A stretch of DNA of 64,000 nucleotides from Trypanosoma brucei (taxonomy: Eukaryota): NCBI GenBank assembly GCA_000002445.1, contig CM000208.1, forward strand, positions 544,001 through 608,000, written 5' to 3'. Both the position numbers and the translations under genes were made by a program. The notes beneath the pieces are model-generated. The model worked only from the letters and a program-made list of their open reading frames with translations. It had not been told where the DNA came from and searched no databases. Every line of letters starts with the position of its first letter. Position 1 is the first letter of the stretch. Shown here piece after piece: positions 31,089 through 42,980 of the stretch.

Positions 31089-32891
31089 ATGCTCTTGCGG
31101 CGGAGCCACATGCGGCGTTGCCTCAAGCCCGGCGTACCGCGTCACCCACCCCTCTCGTGCGCAAGTGCATCGCCTTTACAACACACTGATGTAACTTCAG
31201 CACCAATGAAAACGCAAATTGCCGTCGTGGGGAGTGGCCCAAGTGGTTGCTATGTGGCACAGCAGCTTATTAAAAAGCGTGACGACATTCACGTAGATGT
31301 GTTTGAGCGTCTCCCCGTGCCCTTCGGTTTATGTCGTTATGGCGTCGCTCCCGACCATCCCGAGGTGAAGAACGTGGAGCAGCAGTTTCTTTCCATGTTT
31401 AAGAGCGGTCGTGTGACGTGGATTGGCAACGTCGATGTAGGGAGACAGTTACCAATTGACACCCTTCTCAATAACTACGCAGCTGTGGTGCTGGCCACAG
31501 GCGTGGATAGCGGTAAAAAGCTCAACATTCCCGGTGAGGACCTCGGTGGCGTTGTCCGTGCAGCTGACTTTGTACGTTATTACAACACATATCCTTTTCC
31601 ACATGGTTCCCCGCGTTTCTGCCCGTTTCAACTGGGGATGGCCCACGAAGCCGTCGTTATTGGAAATGGTAATGTTGCTTTGGATTGTACTCGTGTCTTA
31701 GCCGCATCATACAAATATTTCTGCCCCACCGATATGAATTGTGCAGCAATAAAAGAGTTCATGAAGAACCACATCCACCGCATCCACGTGGTGGGTCGGC
31801 GAGGCCCTGAACACAGTGCCTTCACCATCGCGGAGTTTAGAGAGTTGACAAAATATCAGCAAGACACAGTGCGGGTTACCGTCGACGCATTCAATCCGGA
31901 GGAAGCACGTCGTGCATCAACGGAAAACCCGCGTGCACGTCAACGCCTTTTCGAACTTATGGGGCGTCACATTGTCAAAAGCGATGACCCTGAGAGTCAA
32001 GAAGTGAGGGGTCCAACGATACCAAAAGGTACCCGCGGCCCCTGCCACATTAGATTTCGGTACAACATGCGACCTTTGCGGTTTCTGCCGCATCGGGAGC
32101 GTAAGGGTCAGGTGGGTGCGGTTGTATTCGAATGTACTGCGGCTGAAACAAGCAGTAGCACGGACTGCGCAGCGGCAACTGAGACTCAAGCTTACGATGC
32201 CAACTGTGGCGAAGGTGGTAACAAGGGCGGCGGTACTGGTGTTAAGGCGCCGAAAGTCATCACGGTACCATGTGATTTGGTAATCACTTCGCTAGGGTAT
32301 TATGGAGATAGCATTCCTGGTGTTGAGTTCGATCATGCTCGAGGAGTTATATCGCACGTTGGCGGTCGAGTAAAGGGGCAACCACGACTGTACTGCGCCG
32401 GCTGGGCGAAGAACGGACCAAAGGGGATCATTGCTCACGCACTCATGGACGCGCAAGTAACTGCTGCAACTGTTCTTGAAGACCTTGACAATAGTGCTCT
32501 TCCAACGGGAGGTAGTGACGGTGCTTTCTGCGGAAAGTACGGTTTGGTGGACTACTTTGTTGAGAAGCGAATGGAACCTGTGTCGGTGGCTGGTCTTGAG
32601 CGTATAATGCATGTGGAGTTGGAGCGTGGCGTGGATATGGGAAAGAGACTGGAGAAGATTGACGACGTTCGGGCGATGCTTGACGTGGCTCTCGGCGGAG
32701 CCGTTGGGAAGAAGGCAAACAATGCGATACGAGGTATTATGAATGAGCGGCCAGATGCGTTGTTGTACCTTAACGAACTCCTGGACGACACAACGGACTT
32801 GGCGCCTCTTGCGCGGCAACTGGCTCGCGACTTGCCACCTGTCATGGCGGAACAACATCCACCAGGGAGGCTCCATCCATCACAGCTGTGA
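31089..32891 (+). CDS. FDXR: NADPH:adrenodoxin oxidoreductase (ferredoxin-NADP+ reductase, FDXR/Arh1), mitochondrial; 600 aa from ATG 31089
   Basis: IAVVGSGPSGCYVAQQL ... VDVFERLPVPFGLCRYGVAPDHPEVKNV is the FDXR FAD-binding signature. The N-terminus MLLRRSHMRRCLKPG looks like a mitochondrial presequence. Confidence 0.85.
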   Translation: MLLRRSHMRRCLKPGVPRHPPLSCASASPLQHTDVTSAPMKTQIAVVGSGPSGCYVAQQLIKKRDDIHVDVFERLPVPFGLCRYGVAPDHPEVKNVEQQFLSMFKSGRVTWIGNVDVGRQLPIDTLLNNYAAVVLATGVDSGKKLNIPGEDLGGVVRAADFVRYYNTYPFPHGSPRFCPFQLGMAHEAVVIGNGNVALDCTRVLAASYKYFCPTDMNCAAIKEFMKNHIHRIHVVGRRGPEHSAFTIAEFRELTKYQQDTVRVTVDAFNPEEARRASTENPRARQRLFELMGRHIVKSDDPESQEVRGPTIPKGTRGPCHIRFRYNMRPLRFLPHRERKGQVGAVVFECTAAETSSSTDCAAATETQAYDANCGEGGNKGGGTGVKAPKVITVPCDLVITSLGYYGDSIPGVEFDHARGVISHVGGRVKGQPRLYCAGWAKNGPKGIIAHALMDAQVTAATVLEDLDNSALPTGGSDGAFCGKYGLVDYFVEKRMEPVSVAGLERIMHVELERGVDMGKRLEKIDDVRAMLDVALGGAVGKKANNAIRGIMNERPDALLYLNELLDDTTDLAPLARQLARDLPPVMAEQHPPGRLHPSQL

Positions 32892-33451
32892 TTGTTGGAG
32901 CGGATAAACTTCTTCCATACGGACCGGCTTTTGGTCACATTATGGGTTGTGGGTGGTGCTTATTTCTGGTGCAATTGTGAACCAACGCAAAACATGCGAT
33001 CGATTTGTTCTTTGAGTGGGAGTTTACCGTAACGTAGTTGTGCAGTGGGCACATTATTGGTCAGCACCCGTAGGTTTATTTTTTCTATCCTCCCAAACGA
33101 TGTTTCGGCTCTTCATCTGTTCCATTTTATTTTACCAATTTCAAATATGTTTGCTTCATTTTCTGCCTTTTTCTTCCGTTTCGGTAATCCTCACAAGATA
33201 AGCCTAAGCTAAGCATTTAAAGCAAACAAGAAACAAAGGAGGAGGGAAAATCTGGTAAGTAAAGTAAGGGAATAAATAAATTTGACTGTAAGGCAAGAAA
33301 AAAAAAGAGAGAAGGGGAAGAAGGGAGACGAATCATAGTGCTACTGACCTTGTTCGTTTCCAAGGTTACAAAAGCTAACTATAAGAGGAAAAGAATTACT
33401 ACACACTCGTTGAAATTAAAGAAGAGAAAGTAATTTTATAAGGTACTGAAG

Positions 33452-35218
33452 ATGTCCATTACACAAAGTGCACTCGGTCGCGAATGGGGTGTGGTGGCAT
33501 GTGGCTTTCTCGTTACGTACTACCGCGAGTTCACCAAGGAAGGGGAACCGCTAGCCCTCCTTGACATGTATGCCGACAACTCCCATGTGGTTTATGCGGA
33601 ATACAATGAAAATGTGGCACAAATCGTACGCGGCCGCCATGAGATCCTCCAACACCTTGAGAAGATGGACGCAGCGCTAGGGCGACGTAAGGTTGAGGTT
33701 CGCTTCGCCGACTTCAGCCCTATTGCGGGCGGCAGCGTGCTCATTGTAACTCAGGGTATTATGTACGTTCGTGGATCACGGAAAGTTTTCACTCAATCCT
33801 TCGTTCTCGCACCCACGCCAAATCGTAGCAATACATACCACATAGCAAGCGAATATTTTCGTGTGCTGCACGTGGAGATGGAACGCATTCCTGAAGGCAG
33901 TATCATAATGACACCTGTGCAGGTCGCTCAGCACCTTCTTGGCGAGCAAGAGAGGCGAAAGAGGGAAGAGGAAGCACGCGAGCATTTTCTGTTCCTTCAG
34001 AAGCAAAAAGAGGAGCAACAGCAACAGCAACAACAAATGCTACAGTGTGCGGATGCAGAGATGGTGAAACAACAGGAGAATGACCGCGCACTCGCTGCGG
34101 AAAATCAGAGTGAAGCGTGGGACAAGCACCCACGTGGACAGGACCGGCGGATGGGTAGGAAAGACTACAGAAACCGTGCACCTGCAGGGGCACGCAGTGA
34201 GGGTGTGGAAGAGAGGAAAGAGCGTGCCGAATGGGAGATGGGAAAACCCACCGAATCGAGGACAAATGAGGCTGAGGACGACACTGCAGGTGAGGGTAAC
34301 GAACGCAACCGATGGGAACAACCAAGGCGGAGTGAACCGCACAAACGTCCAGAGCGCGTTAAGAGGAATGAAGGGGGTCGGCGTGCAGAAGGCAATGATC
34401 AAAATGAGGTGGGACGCCCTGAACGAAAAGATCGCCGGGATGCGGAAAGAGAACCTCGGGATGGCGAAAGCCGCCGGGGTCATTGGGGCCGCAATGAAGA
34501 AAAGGTCGATAACGTGGATACCGCTGACAATACACGTGTAACCGAGGGAGACGCTGCCCGTTCCACAGGGGCTGCTGGAGCGGCTTCTGAAAGGACCCGC
34601 CGCAACACTTTCAACAACCGCCCGCGCGACCGATTTAGGAACCGTGAGCTGCAACAGGAACAACAACCCGCCGCCCCCGCCGATTCAGCGGCTGCCGTTC
34701 CTGCAACTTCCAGCGCTGCAGACAATAAAGGTGATGCCGGCAGGAACGATCATAAACCCCTCCCCCGCTCGGAAGCCAACAGAAGAGGTCCCGGAGGAAG
34801 CAAAGAGGCGAAGAACAACAAAAAAGAGGCGTGGGCCAGTGAGAAAAACGATGCCAACAATGGTGGCGCCGCTCCTGATGCTGCTGCGGCAGAGGAGAAC
34901 GTAACCCCCGCTGAACAACGGAAGAAGTTTCCACGGAGCAGGGCTGATAAAAAAATTGCCGGTGAAGGCACCAGACTGGAGCACAGGAAAGGTCCGACGG
35001 ACCATGTGCGGCTAATAGATGCACCAAAGGGCCAAAATGAACAAATTAGTGCTGCAATTAAGCGAATAACTGGTGAAGAACCAAAGAAAGTTGTTCCGTT
35101 TGGTCGCGGGAACGACATTGTGTGCCAATTAAGCACGGAATCAGCCGCCGAGGCTTTGTTGGAGAAACCGCCCGTGGTGAATGAGTGTGCACTCAGGGTG
35201 GCACGGTTCTATCCCTAG
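33452..35218 (+). CDS. Protein with an NTF2-like domain, an internal polyQ and a long charged R/E/D-rich low-complexity region (588 aa)
   Basis: N-terminal 140 aa fit the NTF2 fold pattern (FLVTYYREF...LLDMYADNSHVVY...QSFVLAPTPNRSNTYHIASEYFRV). The middle is ERKDRRDAEREPRDGESRR-like repeats. Confidence 0.6.
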   Translation: MSITQSALGREWGVVACGFLVTYYREFTKEGEPLALLDMYADNSHVVYAEYNENVAQIVRGRHEILQHLEKMDAALGRRKVEVRFADFSPIAGGSVLIVTQGIMYVRGSRKVFTQSFVLAPTPNRSNTYHIASEYFRVLHVEMERIPEGSIIMTPVQVAQHLLGEQERRKREEEAREHFLFLQKQKEEQQQQQQQMLQCADAEMVKQQENDRALAAENQSEAWDKHPRGQDRRMGRKDYRNRAPAGARSEGVEERKERAEWEMGKPTESRTNEAEDDTAGEGNERNRWEQPRRSEPHKRPERVKRNEGGRRAEGNDQNEVGRPERKDRRDAEREPRDGESRRGHWGRNEEKVDNVDTADNTRVTEGDAARSTGAAGAASERTRRNTFNNRPRDRFRNRELQQEQQPAAPADSAAAVPATSSAADNKGDAGRNDHKPLPRSEANRRGPGGSKEAKNNKKEAWASEKNDANNGGAAPDAAAAEENVTPAEQRKKFPRSRADKKIAGEGTRLEHRKGPTDHVRLIDAPKGQNEQISAAIKRITGEEPKKVVPFGRGNDIVCQLSTESAAEALLEKPPVVNECALRVARFYP

Positions 35219-37198
35219 TTCTGAGAGGCACACACGTACATATTCGTGCCCACGTCTTAATCAAAGAACATAATGAAGCGAGAAAGGATAAAATAAATGG
35301 GCGATGTAACGGACAGCCGTACGCTCCGTACCACCAAGTGAAGGAAATGAGGCGGGCTAACAACTCCTCCGATTTTGCCTGATTTTCTCTTCCTCATTCT
35401 CGATGAAGATCAAATTCATTTTTTACTTTTGTGACCAGTAAACGTTTTTTTTGTTCTTACCTTTCCGGTTTTGAAATAAACTTGGCAGGAGCGGCCATAT
35501 CTTAGCAAGGTAGAGTGAGGAGGAGAGAAAGAAAATGATGAGTTCACTTGTTGGCTGTGATTCCCCCCACTTTCCCCTTCACTGTTACGTGCTTTAACAC
35601 ATATAATACCTTCTTCTATTTCTTTTTATTGTTACCCAACCCGTGTTTCTTCTTCACTCTGATCCACTAATAATTGAAGGAAGTTATAAACGTGATAAGT
35701 AAGTTTTTCATGCATTCTCATTGATGTTCAGCACATGGGTTGTTTGCTTACGGATAAACATACGCACATATACATTTTTTTTTTCCAAATCGTTTGGTTA
35801 CGTGATATTTGTTGTGGATAAGTGAAGGTGCTCCTTTCGTTATGTCACCAGTGGCGGCGGCCAGCACTCGCCTTCCCGTTGGTTGCGAGGAAGCGGGAAA
35901 ATGGAGATAAATATAAACGGAAAGGGAACAGTTGTCTTCCCATTGCTGTGGCGGCGAAAGGCGATACAAAGAAATAATAATAATAATGTTAAGTGTTAAT
36001 GGTGCAAAGTGAATGAGTTACCAGACCTTTTTTTGTATTGTGACGATGTTTTTTGTCCTCTCCGTGGTTCAAACATTTCAGGTATGTGCTTTTGAGCGAG
36101 GGATTATGTTTAATGAAGTCGGTACCGTAAACTTTTCTATGTGGTCTCATTGGCGGACCTTTCCGAACATTCTGCACTTCTAATTTTTCATATTGACTTC
36201 CTACTCCTACATGTATTATGTTTCAGTTGCACTTGTTTTTATTCATTACTTTCATTCTTTTCCATACTTCTTTATTTATATGTACCCTTCTTTCCTGTGA
36301 GGGCGACGTGTGTACGCCAGAGTTACACGAAGAAAGAAGGAAAGTCAACAACAAGAACAACAATAATTACACCCACCACCACAATACATATTTAATTATT
36401 TTGGCGTTAGTGAAGAGTACGCAGTGCTGAACGGCAGCAACCCAATCACCAGCAGCGCAACAGCATTTTTTTTGTACTTTATATTTTACATATTTTAATT
36501 ATATATTTACATTTATTTAAATCGCAATAGTGATTAAAATATCACATTATTATTATAGTTAGTTTCTAACCCAACGGGAAAGAAGTCGTGTAAAGAAAAG
36601 GTAATAACAAAATAAAAAGAAGGGAAGAGAAGGAGGAGAAAGCAAGGGAAAGCAAAGACTGCGTGAGAAGGGGGGGGAAGAAAAGGAGAAACTGAAGGGA
36701 TAACGTAGAAAACTGTGAGAAGAACAACAAAAACGAAATAAAACTGGACATCTGAAATACAATCAAGTTTGTGTGTTATCCATATTCCTGTATCGGATTT
36801 TGGAAAGAGGGAAAGCAAAATCAGCAAATAATACGAAGTGGGAGGCAAAAGAGGTGAAGGAAAAGTCCTTTTTTTTAAAAAAAAGGGGGTGCAAAATAAC
36901 CAGACCTGAGGGTAGAAGAAGAAGAAAAAAAAAGCGGTAGGTAATTTACGGTGCAAATCATACATAATTCTTTGTTGGGGTTTAGTACACTTTGCAAAGC
37001 AAAGCAAAGCAAAGCAACACCAACAAAGAAGAACCAAAGGGGACCACAAACACGCACGAGTGACGAGAAGAGAAGAGAAGGAAGGGGGATAATCCTAACA
37101 GGTTGGTGGTTGATAACGTGTTCAAACACCCTCAACTAAAAAAATAAAATAAAGTAATAGAACAGAAAAACGGAAGAGAAGAGAGGATTAACGAATCG

Positions 37199-38098
37199 AT
37201 GTCGATAGATGTGGTTCCTGCTACCGAAACCGCTGCAGCTGCAACCACTACCGCTACTTACATGGACAACATTATTTCTGTTCGAAAGGCCAACGCAAAG
37301 AAACTCGCTGGTGGTTATACTCAAACGAAACGAATAGCAGAAATTTGTTACTTCTCCTTAGCGGTTTGCCTTTGGATGAGAAACGTTGCAATTGTGGTAC
37401 TCTATTTACTGCACAGTAGCGAATCGTCTTCCAATCAGTTATTATGGAGCCCACTGATGATTCTGTCGGCTATGGTATTGTCTGACTTCATTAGCGGCGT
37501 GGCCCACTGGAGTTTTGATACGTGGGGAACCCCGGAGACATTTCTGTTCGGTAACTTTATACGCTCCTTCCGGGAGCATCACGTTAACCAAATGGCCATG
37601 ACCAAACACGATTTTATTGAGACGAATGCCGACACAACTTTACCCCTGATCCCTGTGTTACTGATCCAATTATACTTCCTAGGTTGCAATTCCAAGAATA
37701 ATTCAACATTCCGATACAACATCGACAATGACAACGCTGGTTTCCATGTATTTTTCCTTACTTTCGCACTTTTCATTGGTATGACTAATGAGCTTCACAA
37801 ATGGGCTCACCTGCCGGCGCCGCATCCCTTCGCTCGCCTGCTCATGTCGTGTAGAATTGTTCTCACACGTAAAAGTCACCGCAGGCATCATCGTGGGAGT
37901 TATGACCGCAGTTATTGCATTACAACTGGGTGGTTGAATGCCCCGCTTGACCGAGTTGACTTTTGGCGGAAGGCCGAGGCAGTTGTAACGGCATTGACGG
38001 GTGCGGTTCCACGGGCAAATGATAGGGAGTTGTTAGGCGTACGACATAAAGAAGAAACGGACGGGGAGGGTTGCAATGAGGAATTTGGAGGGTTGTGA
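37199..38098 (+). CDS. PEDS1: Homologue of TMEM189/Kua (plasmanylethanolamine desaturase, PEDS1/CarF family), 299 aa
   Basis: Near-colinear with human TMEM189: GVAHWSFDTWG, FREHHVNQMAMTKHDFIETN, NELHKWAH, RKSHRRHH, YCITTGWLN, PRANDREL. All eight conserved histidines are present. Confidence 0.85.
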   Translation: MSIDVVPATETAAAATTTATYMDNIISVRKANAKKLAGGYTQTKRIAEICYFSLAVCLWMRNVAIVVLYLLHSSESSSNQLLWSPLMILSAMVLSDFISGVAHWSFDTWGTPETFLFGNFIRSFREHHVNQMAMTKHDFIETNADTTLPLIPVLLIQLYFLGCNSKNNSTFRYNIDNDNAGFHVFFLTFALFIGMTNELHKWAHLPAPHPFARLLMSCRIVLTRKSHRRHHRGSYDRSYCITTGWLNAPLDRVDFWRKAEAVVTALTGAVPRANDRELLGVRHKEETDGEGCNEEFGGL

Positions 38099-39858
38099 AA
38101 TAGTTGAAATTTGTGGGAAGAAAAAAGAGAAAAACTACAGCGACTGCTATTATTCGTAAAGCAGGATCGCTTTTGTCTTTGCGTATGCGCTTGTATTCGC
38201 AAGGAGAGTTGTGTGATAAGACTGATATGGGAGGACAAGAAAAGAGAAGGGAAGGGAAGGTGCTCATGTTGATACTCGGTTGGATAAAAAGTTTGCAAGG
38301 TAGCATTTTATTTTTATTTATATTTTTAATTTTACTTTTGTTGTGACTACCACTATCATTATTATTATTATTATCATTATTGTTGTTACTGGTAATGGAA
38401 GCAACACAGGTGACAAGAGAGTAAGCACATGATTTGTTGGGACGTTCACCACCTGTTTTGCGATGAAGGGAACGCTACTATGGTTTTTGTTGCATGAGTA
38501 GAAGGTTGTTTCTCAAAAGTAGAAGTAGAAACGAAAAAACAAAAAGATGCACGCAAAGCAAACAAACATGAATATATATATATATATATATATATTTGCG
38601 TGGACACGTGGTTATGCTCCTTCAGTTTCTACCCTTTACATACACACAAGAAGGGATTTAGTAAATGAATAAAAGCGATACGCACAGCATCCCCATGAGA
38701 CAATACTGGAGGGGCTGTTAAGTCATGTACGTGGGAATGCCACTCACTTTAATAGGGGCCTCCTGTTTTGCGTCGAGGCAGTACCCTTTTCATTTGTTGT
38801 TCGTTCTTTTAAAAGTTTTTTTTTCTCTCAGTTACGTCTTCACCCACACTCTTCCCAACTTTATCTTTGTGCATGTTTATGTTTCCCTTTCTTCCATGAT
38901 ATTCTTAGTCACAAATTTACTGACAAATAACCGTACGTTAACTAAGCGTCACAACGTGTCCCGACCGTGCGCACATTTTTGTTTTTTCCATCTTTTTTTC
39001 ATTTTCATTTTGACAACTTTTTTTTTCCGTTAAAGAAAGAGGGTGGAGCCGCATGATCGAGGGACATGAGAAAGGAAAAGAAGGGGAGTAGATAAGAAAG
39101 AAAGAAAGAAACGGAGAGGGGAAAGGGGAAAAGATAAGAGGGGGGCAAAAAAATATAGCAACCAACAGGATCATTATGCATTTCTTTTTTTCTTTTTCCC
39201 CCATTCGCCGTTACCTTTGCGTGGGGCCAACGAAGAGATGATGTGGGGGAAAGTAATACATTTACACACGTATACATGTCAAACAAACGAGTGAAGCATA
39301 TATATGTGTACATTTTTTTTTGTAAAGAGGAGGGAAGATGGGAGTGGCAACATTCATTGAAAAAATATCATGTACATTCCTGCAAGTGTCGGTAGCTTTA
39401 TGTTCTTCGTATTTCCCCTTGTGTGTGTTGGTGTGTTCATTCATTGGTTCTTCTACGTTAGATTAATTCATTTAAATTTTTTTGTGTTTTTTGTTTTGTT
39501 TGTCAACGTTCCTAATCCTTCTATCGTCCCATGTATGGGAAAATAAATATACGCACGGGTATACCACATGTATTTTCTTTGTTCTAGTGGTCTTTGGGCA
39601 TTACGTAATTTATCGTGATCCATTTATTACCGTTCTCTGCTCGTAAAGAGGTTTACTGTCGCGGCAATTGTCGTCTGTTGTTTCTATTACTGTTATTTTT
39701 GGTAATCTCCCTTTTCTTCTTTATTTTCTCGCTCACACCAACGCAGCAACAGAGAGTTACAAACCCTTACATCTTGCACATAGAGTGGCACACACAAGTT
39801 GAAAAAGGAGAAAAAAACGAGCTGAGGAAAACAAAGGTGAAGCGACACTCGGCGTCGT

Positions 39859-42213
39859 ATGAGTTCACGGGAGCCAACAGCAGCGAATGTGGAGGCGACT
39901 GAAGTGTGTGTGGTTGTGAGCCACGCCGCAAGGAAATTTCAGATTACACTACCGGCTGCCACGGCAACTGTGGGTGACATAAAAAATAGAATAGAGCAAA
40001 GCACTGGAGTGCCAGTGGAAAGGCAACGACTTTTGTTTGGTGCGCATACCCTTAAACAATACCGAAATGGGGATATTGAAAATGTGAGACTTATTGATAT
40101 CGTTGTGAAACCTAGTGGTCGTGCCAATGAAAAAGGGATCAAAGCACCCGCCGGCACCAACGACAATCCAAAGGAGGGAAGGGATGACAACAGCAGTAGC
40201 GGCAATGGGACAGTAACTTTAACGTCGGGCTCCGTTATTACGCTGCCGGTGATGTTGCTAGGAACCGCAGCATCAGCCCCTCATGTTGATGAAGAGGTGA
40301 CAGCTCAACTCCACCGGTTGGTTACAACTACGTTAGAGCATGACAGTCGATGGTTCCGATGCAGTTACGGCAAAGGATATGCGCGGCAAACCGCTTTTGT
40401 CTGTCGCACGTGTGTGGACAGTGGAGCTGCAGATCCCTCTCACGCCATTTGCTACGCCTGTGCAGAGGTGTGTCACACCGGTCATGACGTTGAGGAATGG
40501 GGCGTACGTTACTTCATGCGTTGTGACTGCTGTACCCCTGTTTGCTGGAGAGACATAAAGGTGAATGGAAGTAAGGAGGAGTGGGATAAAAAAGCTGTAA
40601 ACGACCACAGTAGCGAAGGTAATAGGGGCCAAGGGGATGAGAACTCAAAAATGTCCCGGGGGGTGTTGCCCCTGATACGGAAAGCCGAAGAGACGCGTCA
40701 GCTGAAGAGGTGCTGTTTTATATTAGACAGCGAGACAAGTGAACCTCCTGTGTCGAGAGAGGCTGTTCCACTAAACGGCAGAAACATTTACCCACGGTCG
40801 TCATATGCATGGTGTTTCTGCTGTTGTGAGGATGACTACCCACCGGATGGGACGAATGAGAGTGCAGGAGTTGTCTGTATGCTTTGTGCCACATGTTTCT
40901 GGAGTGCCCACATCACGCGTCTGCACACGGGCATGCTCAACCGCCTTCCCTGCCACGGGAATTTGGTGGAGGGTGATGTGGTGGCTTTCTACTGCGAAAC
41001 GTGTAAAGGTGTTGTTTGTGGACCCTGTCGCCTTCGCTGCCACGCCGACCACGAAGTGCAAAAGGACGTAGTGGTCGCGCCATACGAACAACACGGAAAG
41101 GGAGCTGTCGCAAATTCACGAGACCACACATTTAAATGTGAGTGTGGCTGTTTTTCCAGTGATAAAAGTGCTGGTGATGACGGGCTTAATGATAGAAATG
41201 CCTCACTGTTGCCACCAAATACAGCAGTGGACATTATGAACAGCGACTCACTCATTGGATTCATATGTGCATACTGCATGCAGGAACATCCATGGCTTGC
41301 GGACAGGGATTATCGTTACTGCTACGGCGGGAAATTGCCGGACCCCGTGCCAAAGGAACAACATAAACCAATAGTTTCGTGTAACTTTCCTCCTGACGCT
41401 GAGTGCCCCGACGACAGGTACCCTTTTCATGGTATGCTTTTCTCCGTTGATGCATTCACAGAGAAGATGACTTGCAAATGCGCACCGTGTCGTCAAGCAT
41501 ATGAGCGGTTTGCTCCTCGTACAACCACCACCGCCCAAGACGAGATGGCGGTGGAGCTCCATGAAGCTTGCGACCACTGCGGTCGGAACATACGTGACGA
41601 AAACGCATTTATGTGCCAAACTTGCGAGTTATGTTGTGGAAAGGCGTTCTTTGTTTGCCGCCGCTGCAACTCACTTCGGCTTGGTTTGAACCTGCCTACC
41701 CCGAGCAGTACAAACGATGAGTCGGTGCACGGGAATACGCAGGAGGGTAACACTGTCTCATCTACCGAACAAGAGGATGAACCCGCATCGTGGGACCATC
41801 CTTCAGATCACGTATTTCTTGAGGACACATGCGAGAACCTCTTTAACCTTTGCGGAATGTGTGTCGCACATCACCTTGGGCCGCAAGCGGAGGATCTTTC
41901 ATCTATGGACGCAGAATCCATAGCTGGTACTGTCATGACGGTGTTGCAACGTACGTTTGGTGAGGCCCCTCTCACATTCGATCCCAAGGACATTGCTCAA
42001 CACCACCAGTTGTTGCAGCAACAGAAAAAGAAACCAAATGCCAGCGCAAACACCCAGTCTTCATCCAATGAACGTACAGGACGGCGTGTATCACCAGCAT
42101 CGATAGCGAAGGGATGTAAACGTCCACGTATTGAAGAAAGTGAGGATGATAGCGACGTTCGCAACGGTGTGAGTAGCGGCAGTGGTGCGCATGACGGCGA
42201 CGATCAAATTTAG
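39859..42213 (+). CDS. Putative E3 ligase-like protein with a UBR-box (UBR7-like), an N-terminal ubiquitin-like domain and additional Cys-rich fingers (784 aa)
   Basis: UBR box RCSYGKGYARQTAFVCRTCVDSGAADPSHAICYACAEVCHTGHDVEEWGVRYFMRCDCC. N-terminus KFQITLPAATATVGDIKNRIEQSTGVPVERQRLLFGAHTLK is ubiquitin-like. Later FMCQTCELCCGKAFFVCRRC. Confidence 0.6.
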   Translation: MSSREPTAANVEATEVCVVVSHAARKFQITLPAATATVGDIKNRIEQSTGVPVERQRLLFGAHTLKQYRNGDIENVRLIDIVVKPSGRANEKGIKAPAGTNDNPKEGRDDNSSSGNGTVTLTSGSVITLPVMLLGTAASAPHVDEEVTAQLHRLVTTTLEHDSRWFRCSYGKGYARQTAFVCRTCVDSGAADPSHAICYACAEVCHTGHDVEEWGVRYFMRCDCCTPVCWRDIKVNGSKEEWDKKAVNDHSSEGNRGQGDENSKMSRGVLPLIRKAEETRQLKRCCFILDSETSEPPVSREAVPLNGRNIYPRSSYAWCFCCCEDDYPPDGTNESAGVVCMLCATCFWSAHITRLHTGMLNRLPCHGNLVEGDVVAFYCETCKGVVCGPCRLRCHADHEVQKDVVVAPYEQHGKGAVANSRDHTFKCECGCFSSDKSAGDDGLNDRNASLLPPNTAVDIMNSDSLIGFICAYCMQEHPWLADRDYRYCYGGKLPDPVPKEQHKPIVSCNFPPDAECPDDRYPFHGMLFSVDAFTEKMTCKCAPCRQAYERFAPRTTTTAQDEMAVELHEACDHCGRNIRDENAFMCQTCELCCGKAFFVCRRCNSLRLGLNLPTPSSTNDESVHGNTQEGNTVSSTEQEDEPASWDHPSDHVFLEDTCENLFNLCGMCVAHHLGPQAEDLSSMDAESIAGTVMTVLQRTFGEAPLTFDPKDIAQHHQLLQQQKKKPNASANTQSSSNERTGRRVSPASIAKGCKRPRIEESEDDSDVRNGVSSGSGAHDGDDQI

Positions 42214-42980
42214 CGCTGCGCGTGGGTATGCTTTTCAGGTGATGAGCCATTAATTTCTTTTTTCGTATCTGGATTCTATCGGATGCTCAAACTCCTCTTC
42301 TAACGAAGGGAGCGGCCGAAAGTTGATGGGTAGTGGAAAACATTATTATATTAAGATGTTATCATCTTCAGTTTCTAACTCTCTACCCCTTTTAAGCATC
42401 GACATTACGGTGGGATCGTGTGTGTGTATGTGGTGTCGTTCGTTGTTCGGCAGATTCTCCCCCAGCTTATGCTGCCAAATAAAACTGCCCAATTACCCAC
42501 CGTTGCTCCCCCTTCCCCCTTCCCTGTAGCTTTGTCTGTATCTGTGACTGTAAGGGACCTGCCAACATTTGTTGTTTCCTTAATCTCTTCCTCTCCCTCT
42601 TTTTATCTGTTTGTCCTTTATGTTCAACACTGAGACTCACCAGGCGAGTTTCACCGAAGTCGGCTAAACATCGTTAACAATCGCAACCGTCTGCGCGTAG
42701 ACGCATAGGTGGACGGAAGAGTAGTACACTAAGGAGAAAATAGGGGGAGTTAGGCGCAGAAAAGGTGTTGAGCATTACAAAACTTTTCTTTCCTTAAGAT
42801 TCCCCTCAAATTTCTTTGATCTGAGGAACCAGTGCATTGAATCACTCATTTTGTAAGGAGAGAAAAAAAGAAAAAGAAAACCCGGACAAATACGGAGGTA
42901 AGTGCAAAGATCGTCACAAGAACCTTCGTAAAGCAGAAAGGGGGAGCGTGCCGGGACAGAAATTAACCAAGTGGGAACAA

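Noticed and set aside
32292-32876. Long antisense ORFs within FDXR, the NTF2-like gene (34040..34666) and Vps35 (43922..44602)
   Set aside because: They lie opposite strongly supported sense genes, and their translations are compositionally biased without motifs. Trypanosomatid polycistrons are unidirectional.
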